Of a DNA stretch of 44,279 nucleotides, positions 1-8,280 are shown in pieces. The notes beneath the pieces were generated by a model. It worked only from the letters and a program-made list of their open reading frames with translations. It searched no databases and was not told the DNA's origin. A program made the translations under genes and the position numbers. Numbering within the stretch: the first letter of the stretch is position 1; each line of letters begins with the position of its first letter. The DNA is from Acidobacteriota bacterium (GTDB lineage Bacteria > Acidobacteriota > Terriglobia > UBA7540): the NCBI GenBank assembly GCA_021828245.1, contig JAKASC010000001.1:1-44279 (forward strand), in the 5' to 3' direction.

Positions 1-277
1 GGCTCAGCACGGATTCAAGCCTTCGACTCGCCACCCGAAAATCGTGGACGGGCTTGGCCTGCCCGCGCCCCGTCACCTTCGGCGCAAGCTCGGCAATGCG
101 CCGCAATTGCCTCAACCCGAAGCGGGCGAGCATTTGCCGAGGATTGGAATCGCCGGCCGGCCCGGCGGGCTCGGAAGGTGCGACCTTGCTGCTGGCCCTC
201 GCATCGGCCACCTCGCCGCCGTCATTTGGCTTGGGCGCTGCAATCAGCTTGACCACTTGAGCCTTTTCGCGGGGCAT
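1..277 (-). CDS. CHAD domain-containing protein, N-terminal part (continues beyond the window start)
   Basis: My own minus-strand translation from ATG at 277 (GGGAGGG SD-like motif just upstream) gives MPREKAQVVKLIAAPKPNDGG...QAKPVHDFRVASRRLESVLS. The VHDFRVAxRRL segment resembles the first conserved helix of CHAD domains. It is absent from the ORF track because there is no stop codon in the window. Confidence 0.5.
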   Translation of the reverse strand, partial: MPREKAQVVKLIAAPKPNDGGEVADARASSKVAPSEPAGPAGDSNPRQMLARFGLRQLRRIAELAPKVTGRGQAKPVHDFRVASRRLESVLS

Positions 278-719
278 AAGCCCTCCCTACCCTGCACGCG
301 CCGCCCCTCGGCTCTCGCCGTCCAGGCGAGCGGAGCCTTCGCCTATCTACCCTCGAGGGATAGCCGCAGTGTACGCTCACATCTCCCCGTTTGCAATCAC
401 GCCTTGCCGCCGGACCTGCGTGCAATTCCATCGCCATCCTGAGTCAAATCGGTTCGCTCCGCATCCTTGCTTTGCGTTGCGCGCGCCCCCGACCTATAAT
501 TAAAAGATTGCGCGAGAACGCCCTAGAAGACCGAGCAGCCCCGACCGAGTTAGTGCCTGCGCGGACGGCGAGGATGACGACGTGAAGCTGGATAAGCCTA
601 TCCCATCGGCCGCGGATAGTCCGTCGGCCAAGCCCGACTCGGCCGCTGATTTGTTGCCTCGAGGTGCCGCCCTGCCCCCTCAGCTCCAATCCGGCGCCGC
701 GGATCAGGAGGTCATCTCG

Positions 720-3587
720 GTGCGCGGCGCGCGGATGCACAATCTGCGCCATTTGGACTGCGACATTCCCCACAACGCCTTGACGGTGGTGACGGGCGTT
801 TCCGGCTCGGGCAAATCGAGCCTGGTGTTCGATACCATCTACGCGGAAGGCGAGCGGCGTTACATTGAGTCGCTCTCCGCCTACGCCCGTCAATTTTTAG
901 AGCGCATGGAAAAGCCCGACGTGGACCGGATAGATGGCTTGGCGCCGGCCATTGCTATTCGCCAAAAAAACTCCACGCGCAATCCGCGCTCGACCGTGGC
1001 GACGGCCACGGAAATTTACGATTACCTTCGCTTGCTCTTTGCGCGGATCGGTGTGATGCATTGCCCGCAGTGCGGCGACCCGGTGCAAAAGGATCACGTG
1101 GACGCGATCGCGGCCCGCGTCATGAGCCTCGACAAGGGCCGGCGCTTTTATGTTCTTTTCAAACTCGAGCCCCTCTCGCCGGCTAAAGTCAAGTCCGACG
1201 GCCATCGCCCGGCACGCCACGAAGCTTCACCGAGCCAGCACGCCGAGCCTTCTCCTGCCTCGGCTGCGCCGCGCGACGCGCTGAAATCTCGCCTGGAAGC
1301 CCTGCGGGCGCGAGGCTTCAACCGCCTCTACCAGGATGGAAAAATATTTGATTTCTCCGCGCCCGAATCCCTCCTGGAAGCGGATTTTCCCCGTCCGCTT
1401 TACGTGCTGGTGGATCGGCTGGCCGTCCAGCCGGACCTTCGGCAACGGTTAATTGATTCGGTGGAAATTTGTTACCGCGAGGCCGGGGAAGCCCTGTTGG
1501 AATTCGTTGCTCCGTCGGGCCCCGCCGAGGCCTGGCTTTTCAGCGAGCGCTTCGAGTGTAAGCGTTGTGGCATCCGGTTCCCCGAACCCGAACCTTCCCT
1601 TTTCTCTTTCAACAGTCCCTCCGGCGCATGTCCCCGTTGCCAAGGTTTTGGCAACACCATGGACTTCGATCTGGACCGCGTCATCCCGGATAAGAGCAAA
1701 ACGCTCGAAGAGGGCGCCATCGAGCCCTGGACCAAACCTCGCTATCGTTCTTGGTTCAATGAACTTCGCCGCGCGCCTCGCGCGCGAGGTGTCCCGCTGC
1801 ACGTCCCCTACCACCGTCTCTCTGCCGAACAAAAGCGGTGGGTCCTCGAAGGGGATGAAACCTTTCCGGGCATCCACGGCTTCTTCCGCTACCTGGAGCG
1901 GAAGAAATACAAGCTTCACGTCCGCGTGTTTCTTAGCCGCTACCGAGGTTATACCCTTTGCCCTGATTGCCAGGGCGGAAGATTGCGGCGCGACGCCCTG
2001 CACGTGCGCGTCAACGGCAAAAACATTGCCGAAGCGTGCCGGCTTTCGATTGCGCAGGCTCGCGCCTTCTTTCAAGAGCTCCATCTCACGCCCACGCAAC
2101 GCACCATCGCGGGGCGCGTGCTGGAGGAGATTCACTCGCGTCTGAAGTTCCTCGTTGACGTTGGCTTGGAATACCTCACCTTAGACCGTCTTTCGTCAAC
2201 GCTGTCGGGCGGCGAAGCGCAGCGGATTCAACTGGCCACGGCGCTCGGCTCCAACCTCGTAGGCACCCTCTACGTCCTGGATGAACCCTCCATCGGCCTT
2301 CACCCGCGGGACACCCAACGCCTTATCGGAATTCTGAAAAATTTGAGGGATTTGGGCAACACGATCTTGGTGGTGGAGCACGACCCGGAGATTATCCGCA
2401 GCGCGGACACGGTGCTCGACCTCGGCCCCGGAGCCGGCGAGCACGGAGGTCGCCTGGTATATGAAGGCAAGGTCGGTCCACTCCTGGAGGCTCCGGCTTC
2501 CCTGACGGGCCGCTACCTCTCGGGCCAACTCTCAATTCCCGTGCCGAAGGCCCGCCGCTCTCCCGGCCCGCAGTGGCTGCGACTGCGGGGCGCGCGCCAG
2601 CACAACCTCAAAGCGATTGACGTGGATATTCCCTTGGGATTGATGGTGGTCGTTAGCGGAGTGTCCGGCTCGGGAAAGTCCACGCTGGTCCACGATGTTC
2701 TCTACAATACTCTAATGGCGCGGCGCGGCGTAGCCGCTCCTCGCGCCGAGCTTGACGCGCTCAAGGGCGATGAGGCCTTGGCGAATGTTATCTTGATGGA
2801 CCAATCGCCGCTCGGTCGCACGCCCCGCTCCAACCCGCTCACCTACCTCAAAGCCTTTGAACCCGTCCGGGCGTTATTCGCCGCCACGCTCGAAGCCCGC
2901 AAGCGCGGTTACACGCCCGGCTATTTTTCCTTTAACATCCCCGGGGGCCGGTGCGAAACCTGCCAAGGCGACGGCGTGGTGACCGTCGAGATGCAATTCT
3001 TGGCCGACGTGGAGTTGGTTTGCGAAGAGTGCCACGGTCGGCGCTTCAAGCCCCAGGTCCTGGAAATTCGATACAAAGGCAAAAACATCCATGAAGTTCT
3101 ACAATTGACGGTTCGGGAGGCGCTGGCCTTTTTTGCCGGCCATCAGGCCATTTGCTCCAAGCTGAGGATTCTGGATGAAATTGGCCTCGGCTATCTGCGC
3201 CTGGGACAATCGGCTACCACCCTCTCGGGCGGTGAAGCGCAGCGCGTGCGTCTGGCCGCGCACCTCAGCCAGCCGGCCAGCGAAGGCTCTCTGTTTATTT
3301 TCGACGAGCCCACGACCGGTCTCCATTTTGATGACATCAACAAGCTGCTAGGGGCTTTTCGGCGGCTCAATTCCATGGGCGCCACCATCCTCATCATCGA
3401 GCACAACCTCGAATTGCTGAAAGCCGCCGATTGGATTATTGACCTCGGCCCAGAAGGGGGCGAGGCCGGAGGATACGTCGTGGCGGCAGGACGGCCCGAA
3501 GAACTCGTCCGCAACCCGCAATCCTACACGGGAAAGTTCTTAGCCTCGGTGCTGCGGACCCACCCAACCCGCGGCCTGCAAAATTGA
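720..3587 (+). CDS. uvrA: UvrA-family excinuclease ABC ATPase subunit (possibly a UvrA paralogue)
   Basis: Two ABC modules are present (GVSGSGKSSLVFDTIYAEGERRY and SGVSGSGKSTLV Walker A, two LSGGEAQR signatures) along with CxxC zinc modules (CPQCG, CKRCG, CPRCQ, CPDCQ, CETCQ, CEEC). The track ORF starts at GTG 582. An in-frame GTG at 720 preceded by AGGAGG (705-710, 9-nt spacer) gives a canonical VRGARMHNL N-terminus, so I prefer 720. Confidence 0.93.
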   Translation: MRGARMHNLRHLDCDIPHNALTVVTGVSGSGKSSLVFDTIYAEGERRYIESLSAYARQFLERMEKPDVDRIDGLAPAIAIRQKNSTRNPRSTVATATEIYDYLRLLFARIGVMHCPQCGDPVQKDHVDAIAARVMSLDKGRRFYVLFKLEPLSPAKVKSDGHRPARHEASPSQHAEPSPASAAPRDALKSRLEALRARGFNRLYQDGKIFDFSAPESLLEADFPRPLYVLVDRLAVQPDLRQRLIDSVEICYREAGEALLEFVAPSGPAEAWLFSERFECKRCGIRFPEPEPSLFSFNSPSGACPRCQGFGNTMDFDLDRVIPDKSKTLEEGAIEPWTKPRYRSWFNELRRAPRARGVPLHVPYHRLSAEQKRWVLEGDETFPGIHGFFRYLERKKYKLHVRVFLSRYRGYTLCPDCQGGRLRRDALHVRVNGKNIAEACRLSIAQARAFFQELHLTPTQRTIAGRVLEEIHSRLKFLVDVGLEYLTLDRLSSTLSGGEAQRIQLATALGSNLVGTLYVLDEPSIGLHPRDTQRLIGILKNLRDLGNTILVVEHDPEIIRSADTVLDLGPGAGEHGGRLVYEGKVGPLLEAPASLTGRYLSGQLSIPVPKARRSPGPQWLRLRGARQHNLKAIDVDIPLGLMVVVSGVSGSGKSTLVHDVLYNTLMARRGVAAPRAELDALKGDEALANVILMDQSPLGRTPRSNPLTYLKAFEPVRALFAATLEARKRGYTPGYFSFNIPGGRCETCQGDGVVTVEMQFLADVELVCEECHGRRFKPQVLEIRYKGKNIHEVLQLTVREALAFFAGHQAICSKLRILDEIGLGYLRLGQSATTLSGGEAQRVRLAAHLSQPASEGSLFIFDEPTTGLHFDDINKLLGAFRRLNSMGATILIIEHNLELLKAADWIIDLGPEGGEAGGYVVAAGRPEELVRNPQSYTGKFLASVLRTHPTRGLQN

Positions 3588-3648
3588 CCCCCGCCGATCA
3601 CCCACCCGCCGCGCAAGGCTCCGTCTAAAATCGAGTATAATTGTGCTC

Positions 3649-4203
3649 ATGCGAGTTGATTGGCGGATGGCCCTCGCAGCCATGTTACTCGTTGGCGCCT
3701 GGAGCGCGCTTCCCGCCCGGGCGGGCCTGTTTCACCATCCGCTCACCGCGCCCGAATTAAAAGCTAAGATTGCCAAACAAAGAAACCTGGTCAAGAAAGC
3801 TGAACTCCAGATGCGGCTGGCCGGCCTCATCCTGCAACGTGCGGTTCAGGCTTACGATGCAAATCATTTCAGACGCGGCGAGACCCTCCTGAATCGCTAT
3901 CTGGACGAAGCCCGAACCTCCTGGCAAACCCTCGAGCAATCGAGGAAAAACCCTCTGCGCCAGCCGGAAGGCTTTATGCAACTGGACCAGGCTTTTACGG
4001 CCAATGACAGGATCTTGGGAGATCTGCACCGCAGAATCGCTTATCCGGAAAGCGAGGTCATCAAGAAGGCGCAAACAGCAAGCCGAAACATTCACGGGCA
4101 GGTTCTGGATGCTCTCTTTCCCGGCTTGCACATGCGGCGGACGGCGCAGCCTGTGACGCCGTCTCCGCGCAACCTCAAGCGCCAGGCCGGAGTGGTTCGA
4201 TGA
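3649..4203 (+). CDS. hypothetical secreted alpha-helical protein
   Basis: Signal-peptide-like N-terminus (MRVDWRMALAAMLLVGAWSALPARAG). The stop overlaps the next start (ATGA at 4200). TATAAT at 3636-3641 lies 7 nt before ATG 3649, which suggests a leaderless start. The track start is GTG 3643. Confidence 0.6.
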   Translation: MRVDWRMALAAMLLVGAWSALPARAGLFHHPLTAPELKAKIAKQRNLVKKAELQMRLAGLILQRAVQAYDANHFRRGETLLNRYLDEARTSWQTLEQSRKNPLRQPEGFMQLDQAFTANDRILGDLHRRIAYPESEVIKKAQTASRNIHGQVLDALFPGLHMRRTAQPVTPSPRNLKRQAGVVR

Positions 4204-4829
4204 AATTTTCCCGATCGTCACCGCTTCTCTGCGGGGGCGTTGTCCTGGCGCTCGCGGGCCCGCTGAAGGCTCAGCCGCGCGCGCATCTCACCTACGCTGA
4301 GGTTGAGAAACTGCGCAATGCTCAAGATTCCTCCGAGCGCATCAAGGTCTATCTCGCCTTCGCTCAGCAACGGCTCGACCGCGCTCAGGAGTTCGGCAGC
4401 CAACCCGCCGCCGGCTCCCAAGCGACTCGGCTTTTGAGCGAGTATATTTCCATCACCGATGAGATGAAGCGTTGGATTCAATATCAGTACGACCACGGCG
4501 GAGACATGCGCGCCGGCTTGAAGGCATTGATCGAGCAAGGGCCGCGCCAGATTGCGACCTTGCGCCACATGCAGGCGGCCCTCAGCACCGCCCCCCACGC
4601 CGAACGCCACGCCCTGCGGGATGCCATTGCCGACATGACGGACGCGGTGGACGGGGGCACCCAGGCCCTCAGCGTTCAGGAAAAGAAGTTTGGCAAGCTG
4701 AAGCAGGAACGGAAGCTCGAAGCGCGCGAAATCAAGGCTCGCCGCAAAGCAGAAGAAAAACGCAACAAGGAAGAGAAGAAGCTTCTGAAGCGCCTGCGCC
4801 AAAAGCATTCCTCCGACGAAGGGAATTGA
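4200..4829 (+). CDS. hypothetical secreted protein with Lys/Glu-rich coiled-coil tail; distant paralogue of the preceding gene
   Basis: Signal peptide (MKFSRSSPLLCGGVVLALAGPLKAQP). It shares the pattern LT-x-x-E-[LV]-x-K ... LL-x-x-Y with the upstream protein. The C-terminus is KQERKLEAREIKARRKAEEKRNKEEKKLLKRLRQK. It is translationally coupled to the upstream gene. Confidence 0.6.
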   Translation: MKFSRSSPLLCGGVVLALAGPLKAQPRAHLTYAEVEKLRNAQDSSERIKVYLAFAQQRLDRAQEFGSQPAAGSQATRLLSEYISITDEMKRWIQYQYDHGGDMRAGLKALIEQGPRQIATLRHMQAALSTAPHAERHALRDAIADMTDAVDGGTQALSVQEKKFGKLKQERKLEAREIKARRKAEEKRNKEEKKLLKRLRQKHSSDEGN

Positions 4830-4833
4830 GCCT

Positions 4834-5565
4834 TTGCCCTCGCCGACCCCGCGATCCCAACCTTCGCCACCGTTGGACAAGTCCCCCGCCGCCCTGTTTG
4901 AGCGGGTTTTCGATCGGCTTCGCTTGAGTCGGCCTCGCCCCATCTTCGAGGTCGAATTTCGCCCGTTCACAGGCTTAAGGAGCCAGATCGCCCTGCGCGA
5001 TGGCTGCGCCCGGGTTCGCCTTTCCGATCTTCTCCGCTCGGCGCCGCCCATCGTCCTGGAGGGTTTGGCGGAAATTTTGCTCTGTCAGCTTTACCGTTAT
5101 CGGGCCTCACCCGAGGCCCGCGAGTGTTACCTGGCTTGGACTTACCATTCCGAAGTGCGGCGTCGCGTTGAGGCCTTGCGGCGCGCGCGCGCCCGCCTCC
5201 GGCTGCTCCCGCCGCGCGGTGAGCATTTCGATCTGGAGGAAATTTTCCTCTCCCTCAATCGGCGATTTTTCAACGGCGAACTTCCGCCCTGCCGCCTGGG
5301 ATGGAGCCTGCGAGCGGCCGAGACCGTGTTGGGCCGTTACGATCCCGCCCACCGAGCGATTATCATCAGCCGGAAACTTGACGCGGCGTCGGTCCCGCGC
5401 TACGTGGTTGAATATCTGGTGTTTCACGAAATGCTTCACGCGCGGTTCCCTTTGCAACATCGGGGCGGCCGCCGCGTCATCCATTCCCGTGAGTTTCGCG
5501 TGGCCGAAAAGGCGTTTCCGCATTATCATCAGGCTCGGGGGCGGCTCAAGCACGCCTTTGCCTAA
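4834..5565 (+). CDS. SprT-like / DUF45-like zinc metallopeptidase
   Basis: HExxH motif in the context YVVEYLVFHEMLHARF, followed by HSREFRVAEKAFPHY. Upstream is RFFNGELPPCRLGWS...VLGRY, typical of SprT-like domains. The start is TTG, 4 nt after the preceding stop. Confidence 0.7.
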   Translation: MPSPTPRSQPSPPLDKSPAALFERVFDRLRLSRPRPIFEVEFRPFTGLRSQIALRDGCARVRLSDLLRSAPPIVLEGLAEILLCQLYRYRASPEARECYLAWTYHSEVRRRVEALRRARARLRLLPPRGEHFDLEEIFLSLNRRFFNGELPPCRLGWSLRAAETVLGRYDPAHRAIIISRKLDAASVPRYVVEYLVFHEMLHARFPLQHRGGRRVIHSREFRVAEKAFPHYHQARGRLKHAFA

Positions 5566-5658
5566 ACCCGTTCCGAGGGGCGCCAGCCGCATCGAGCGAG
5601 GAACGGCGCTGCGGGGTTCGCGCCTTGCCGTCCCACGGGACGGCGGAAAGGCATCCTG

Positions 5659-7719
5659 ATGCGCATCGCTCGGTTTGTTCCACTCGCGTTGACGGTGGGG
5701 TGGTTGTGTTCGGCGCCCGCCGCGCAAGCCGCTTCGCCGGTCGTCGTGACCTCGCCGAATGGTCAACTGGCTATCACCTTGGAAATGAAGTCGAACCCCC
5801 AGCCCTATCGCATAGGCAACCGCCTTTACTATCGTGTCTCCTACAAGGGTCAACCCGTTTTGGCGGATTCTCCTTTGGGCATCGAATTTAAGGGCGCGCC
5901 CCCGCTCGACCATGATTTCCGGATGACCGCCGTGGAGCGGCGGTCGGGCAATCGGACCTGGCACTGGGCCTTTGGAGCGGAAAGCACGATTCGCAATCAT
6001 TACCGTCAAGCCGTCGTCTTCCTCCGCGAGCTCGAACCGCCGCATCGCCGGCTGGAGATTGTGCTGAGGGCCTACAACACGGGCGTCGCGTTTCGCTACG
6101 TTCTTCCGCAACAAGCGGCTCTCGGCAGGTTCACCATCGCCAATGAGGAAACCGGGTTTTACTTCGCCCGCCCCGCCACCGCGTTCGCCCTCGATCTGGG
6201 CCGATTCAACAGCAATTACGAAAGTGAATTCCGCCACATCCCGCTCAGCAAGATTCTGCCGGAATCCGTGGTGGGCTTGCCGCTGACCGCTCATTTGAAC
6301 GGCGGCCCGTGGGTGGCGTTGCTCGAAGCCGACCTCACCGATTACGCCGGCCTCTATGTGGGCGGGGCGCCTGGCGTTCCCAACGGCCTCCAGGCTCGGC
6401 TTTCGCCTTTGCCCAATCATTTGGATGAGGCCGTGGTGGGCCAAACTCCCAAGACCACCCCGTGGCGCATCCTGCTGATGGCGCCCCAAGCCGGCGGCTT
6501 GATTGAGTCTTCCGAACCTATGGTCCTCAACTTGAGCGCCCCCACCGCCATCGCCGACACTTCATGGATTCAGCCCGGCAAGGCCGCCTGGGATTGGTGG
6601 TCGGGCGATTACGCTCGCGGCGTCAACTTCAAACCGGGCATGAATACCGCAACCCTAAAACATTACATTGCCTTCGCGGCTAGAGCCCATCTGCCCTACA
6701 TGTTGATTGACGCCGGATGGTCGCCCGCCGTAGATGGCGTCTGCTCCGCCATCAAGCCCGACTCCTCGGCCGTTCCCTCGCGAGGCTGGTGTGTCCACAA
6801 TGACATCACCCGTTGGGTTCCGCGTGTCAATCTTCCCGCCCTCCTTCAGTACGCCAAAGCAAACAACGTGAAGATCCTACTTTGGATTCACTGGACCGCC
6901 GCGGCCGAGCAAATGGACCAGGCCTTCCCCCTCTATGAAAAGTGGGGTGTGGCGGGCGTCAAAGTGGACTTTATGGATAATGTGCCGGACGACCAAACGA
7001 CGGTGAATCTTTACCAGAGATTGGTCAGCACGGCGGCGCGCTATCACCTCATCATTGATATCCACGGCGCTTATAAGCCGACCGGCCTCCGGCGCGCTTA
7101 TCCGAACTTGCTCAACCGCGAAGGGGTCATGGGCTTGGAGTACGACAAGTGGAGTTACCGCGAGACGCCGCGCCACGACGTCACCTTGCCCTTCACCCGC
7201 ATGTTGGCCGGGCCCATGGATTACACCCCCGGTTGCTTCAACAACGCCACTCGCGCCGCCTTCCGCCCACGCAACGTGCAGCCCATGTGCCAAGGAACCC
7301 GCGCCAGCCAGCTTGCCATGTACGTGGTCTATCTGGCCCCTTTGGAAATGCTCGCCGATTATCCCGAAGACTATCTCGGTCAGCCCGGCTTTCAGTTTTT
7401 GGAAAAGGTGCCGACGGTGTGGGATGAAACTCGAGCGCTGGACGGCGAACCCGGGCGGTATGTCACCATCGCGCGTCGTCATGGCGACCGTTGGTATTTG
7501 GGCAGCATGACCAACTGGCACCCCCGCGAATTGGACGTGCCGCTCAATTTCCTCGGCTCAGGTCGCTACCGCGCCACCCTCTTCCTCGACGGCCCGCGCG
7601 CAAATCAAGATGCCAAGAGCTTGACCATTCGGAAGCAAACCGTGACGCCGGCCGACACGTTGCATTTACGGCTCGCTTCGGGCGGCGGGGCGGCGGCCAT
7701 TTTTACCCCCCTCCGGTAA
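5659..7719 (+). CDS. glycoside hydrolase family 97 (alpha-glucosidase/alpha-galactosidase-like), secreted
   Basis: Signal peptide MRIARFVPLALTVGWLCSAPAAQA. The N-terminal SPNGQLAITLE beta-sandwich start and the catalytic-barrel segment WGVAGVKVDFMDNVPDDQTTVNLYQRLVSTAARYHLIIDIHGAYKPTGLRRAYPNLLNREGVMGLE match my recollection of GH97. The length of 686 aa is typical. Confidence 0.8.
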   Translation: MRIARFVPLALTVGWLCSAPAAQAASPVVVTSPNGQLAITLEMKSNPQPYRIGNRLYYRVSYKGQPVLADSPLGIEFKGAPPLDHDFRMTAVERRSGNRTWHWAFGAESTIRNHYRQAVVFLRELEPPHRRLEIVLRAYNTGVAFRYVLPQQAALGRFTIANEETGFYFARPATAFALDLGRFNSNYESEFRHIPLSKILPESVVGLPLTAHLNGGPWVALLEADLTDYAGLYVGGAPGVPNGLQARLSPLPNHLDEAVVGQTPKTTPWRILLMAPQAGGLIESSEPMVLNLSAPTAIADTSWIQPGKAAWDWWSGDYARGVNFKPGMNTATLKHYIAFAARAHLPYMLIDAGWSPAVDGVCSAIKPDSSAVPSRGWCVHNDITRWVPRVNLPALLQYAKANNVKILLWIHWTAAAEQMDQAFPLYEKWGVAGVKVDFMDNVPDDQTTVNLYQRLVSTAARYHLIIDIHGAYKPTGLRRAYPNLLNREGVMGLEYDKWSYRETPRHDVTLPFTRMLAGPMDYTPGCFNNATRAAFRPRNVQPMCQGTRASQLAMYVVYLAPLEMLADYPEDYLGQPGFQFLEKVPTVWDETRALDGEPGRYVTIARRHGDRWYLGSMTNWHPRELDVPLNFLGSGRYRATLFLDGPRANQDAKSLTIRKQTVTPADTLHLRLASGGGAAAIFTPLR

Positions 7720-7748
7720 TTCAAGGCTATACTTGGAGAGGAGCCGCA

Positions 7749-8168
7749 ATGCCCTATTGCCCCAAGTGCATGACGGAATACGTTGAGGGCACCACCGCCT
7801 GCGAGGATTGCGGCGGCAAGCTCCTGGCAGGCACGCCGCCCCAGGAGCCGTCACCCGTTGAGCATCCGGCGGGGCTTTTGGGCAACTGGCTGCGCTCTTT
7901 GGTGGGCGCCGGAGACGCCGACGATTCGCCACCGATAAAGACCGTGCGGGTTCGCACCTTCAGCGGCCCGACGGCCGTCCTCGACGCCGAGTTGGCGCGC
8001 AATGTACTTGAGGCTCAGGGCATCCCGGTCATCCTTCCCGGCCAATCTTCCATCGAGTTGCTTCCCTTTCTCCAAATCCCGCTGTTGGTTTCGGAATCCG
8101 ACGCCGAGCGAGCCACCCAGATTTTGCGCGATTACTTGGACTCTTCCAGCCCCAACGCCGCCAAGTAA
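7749..8168 (+). CDS. zinc-ribbon plus DUF2007-like (putative signal-transducing, PII-fold-like) small protein
   Basis: ATG at 7749 is preceded by GGAGAGGAG. The N-terminus MPYCPKCMTEYVEGTTACEDCGG is a CxxC-x13-CxxC ribbon. The C-terminal part (VRTFSGPTAVLDAELARNVLEAQGIPV...SESDAERATQIL) resembles DUF2007. The track ORF (7491) extends upstream into GH97 and is unlikely to be the real start. Confidence 0.6.
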   Translation: MPYCPKCMTEYVEGTTACEDCGGKLLAGTPPQEPSPVEHPAGLLGNWLRSLVGAGDADDSPPIKTVRVRTFSGPTAVLDAELARNVLEAQGIPVILPGQSSIELLPFLQIPLLVSESDAERATQILRDYLDSSSPNAAK

Positions 8169-8280
8169 CTCTGCCCGGCCGCGCAACGCCACCTTCCTTT
8201 TCCCGTTGGAAAGCTCGCCGCCAACTTCCGCGGGCGCCATCTTGCGCGATAATAGAAAAAGAGGAGCTTGACGAACCACC

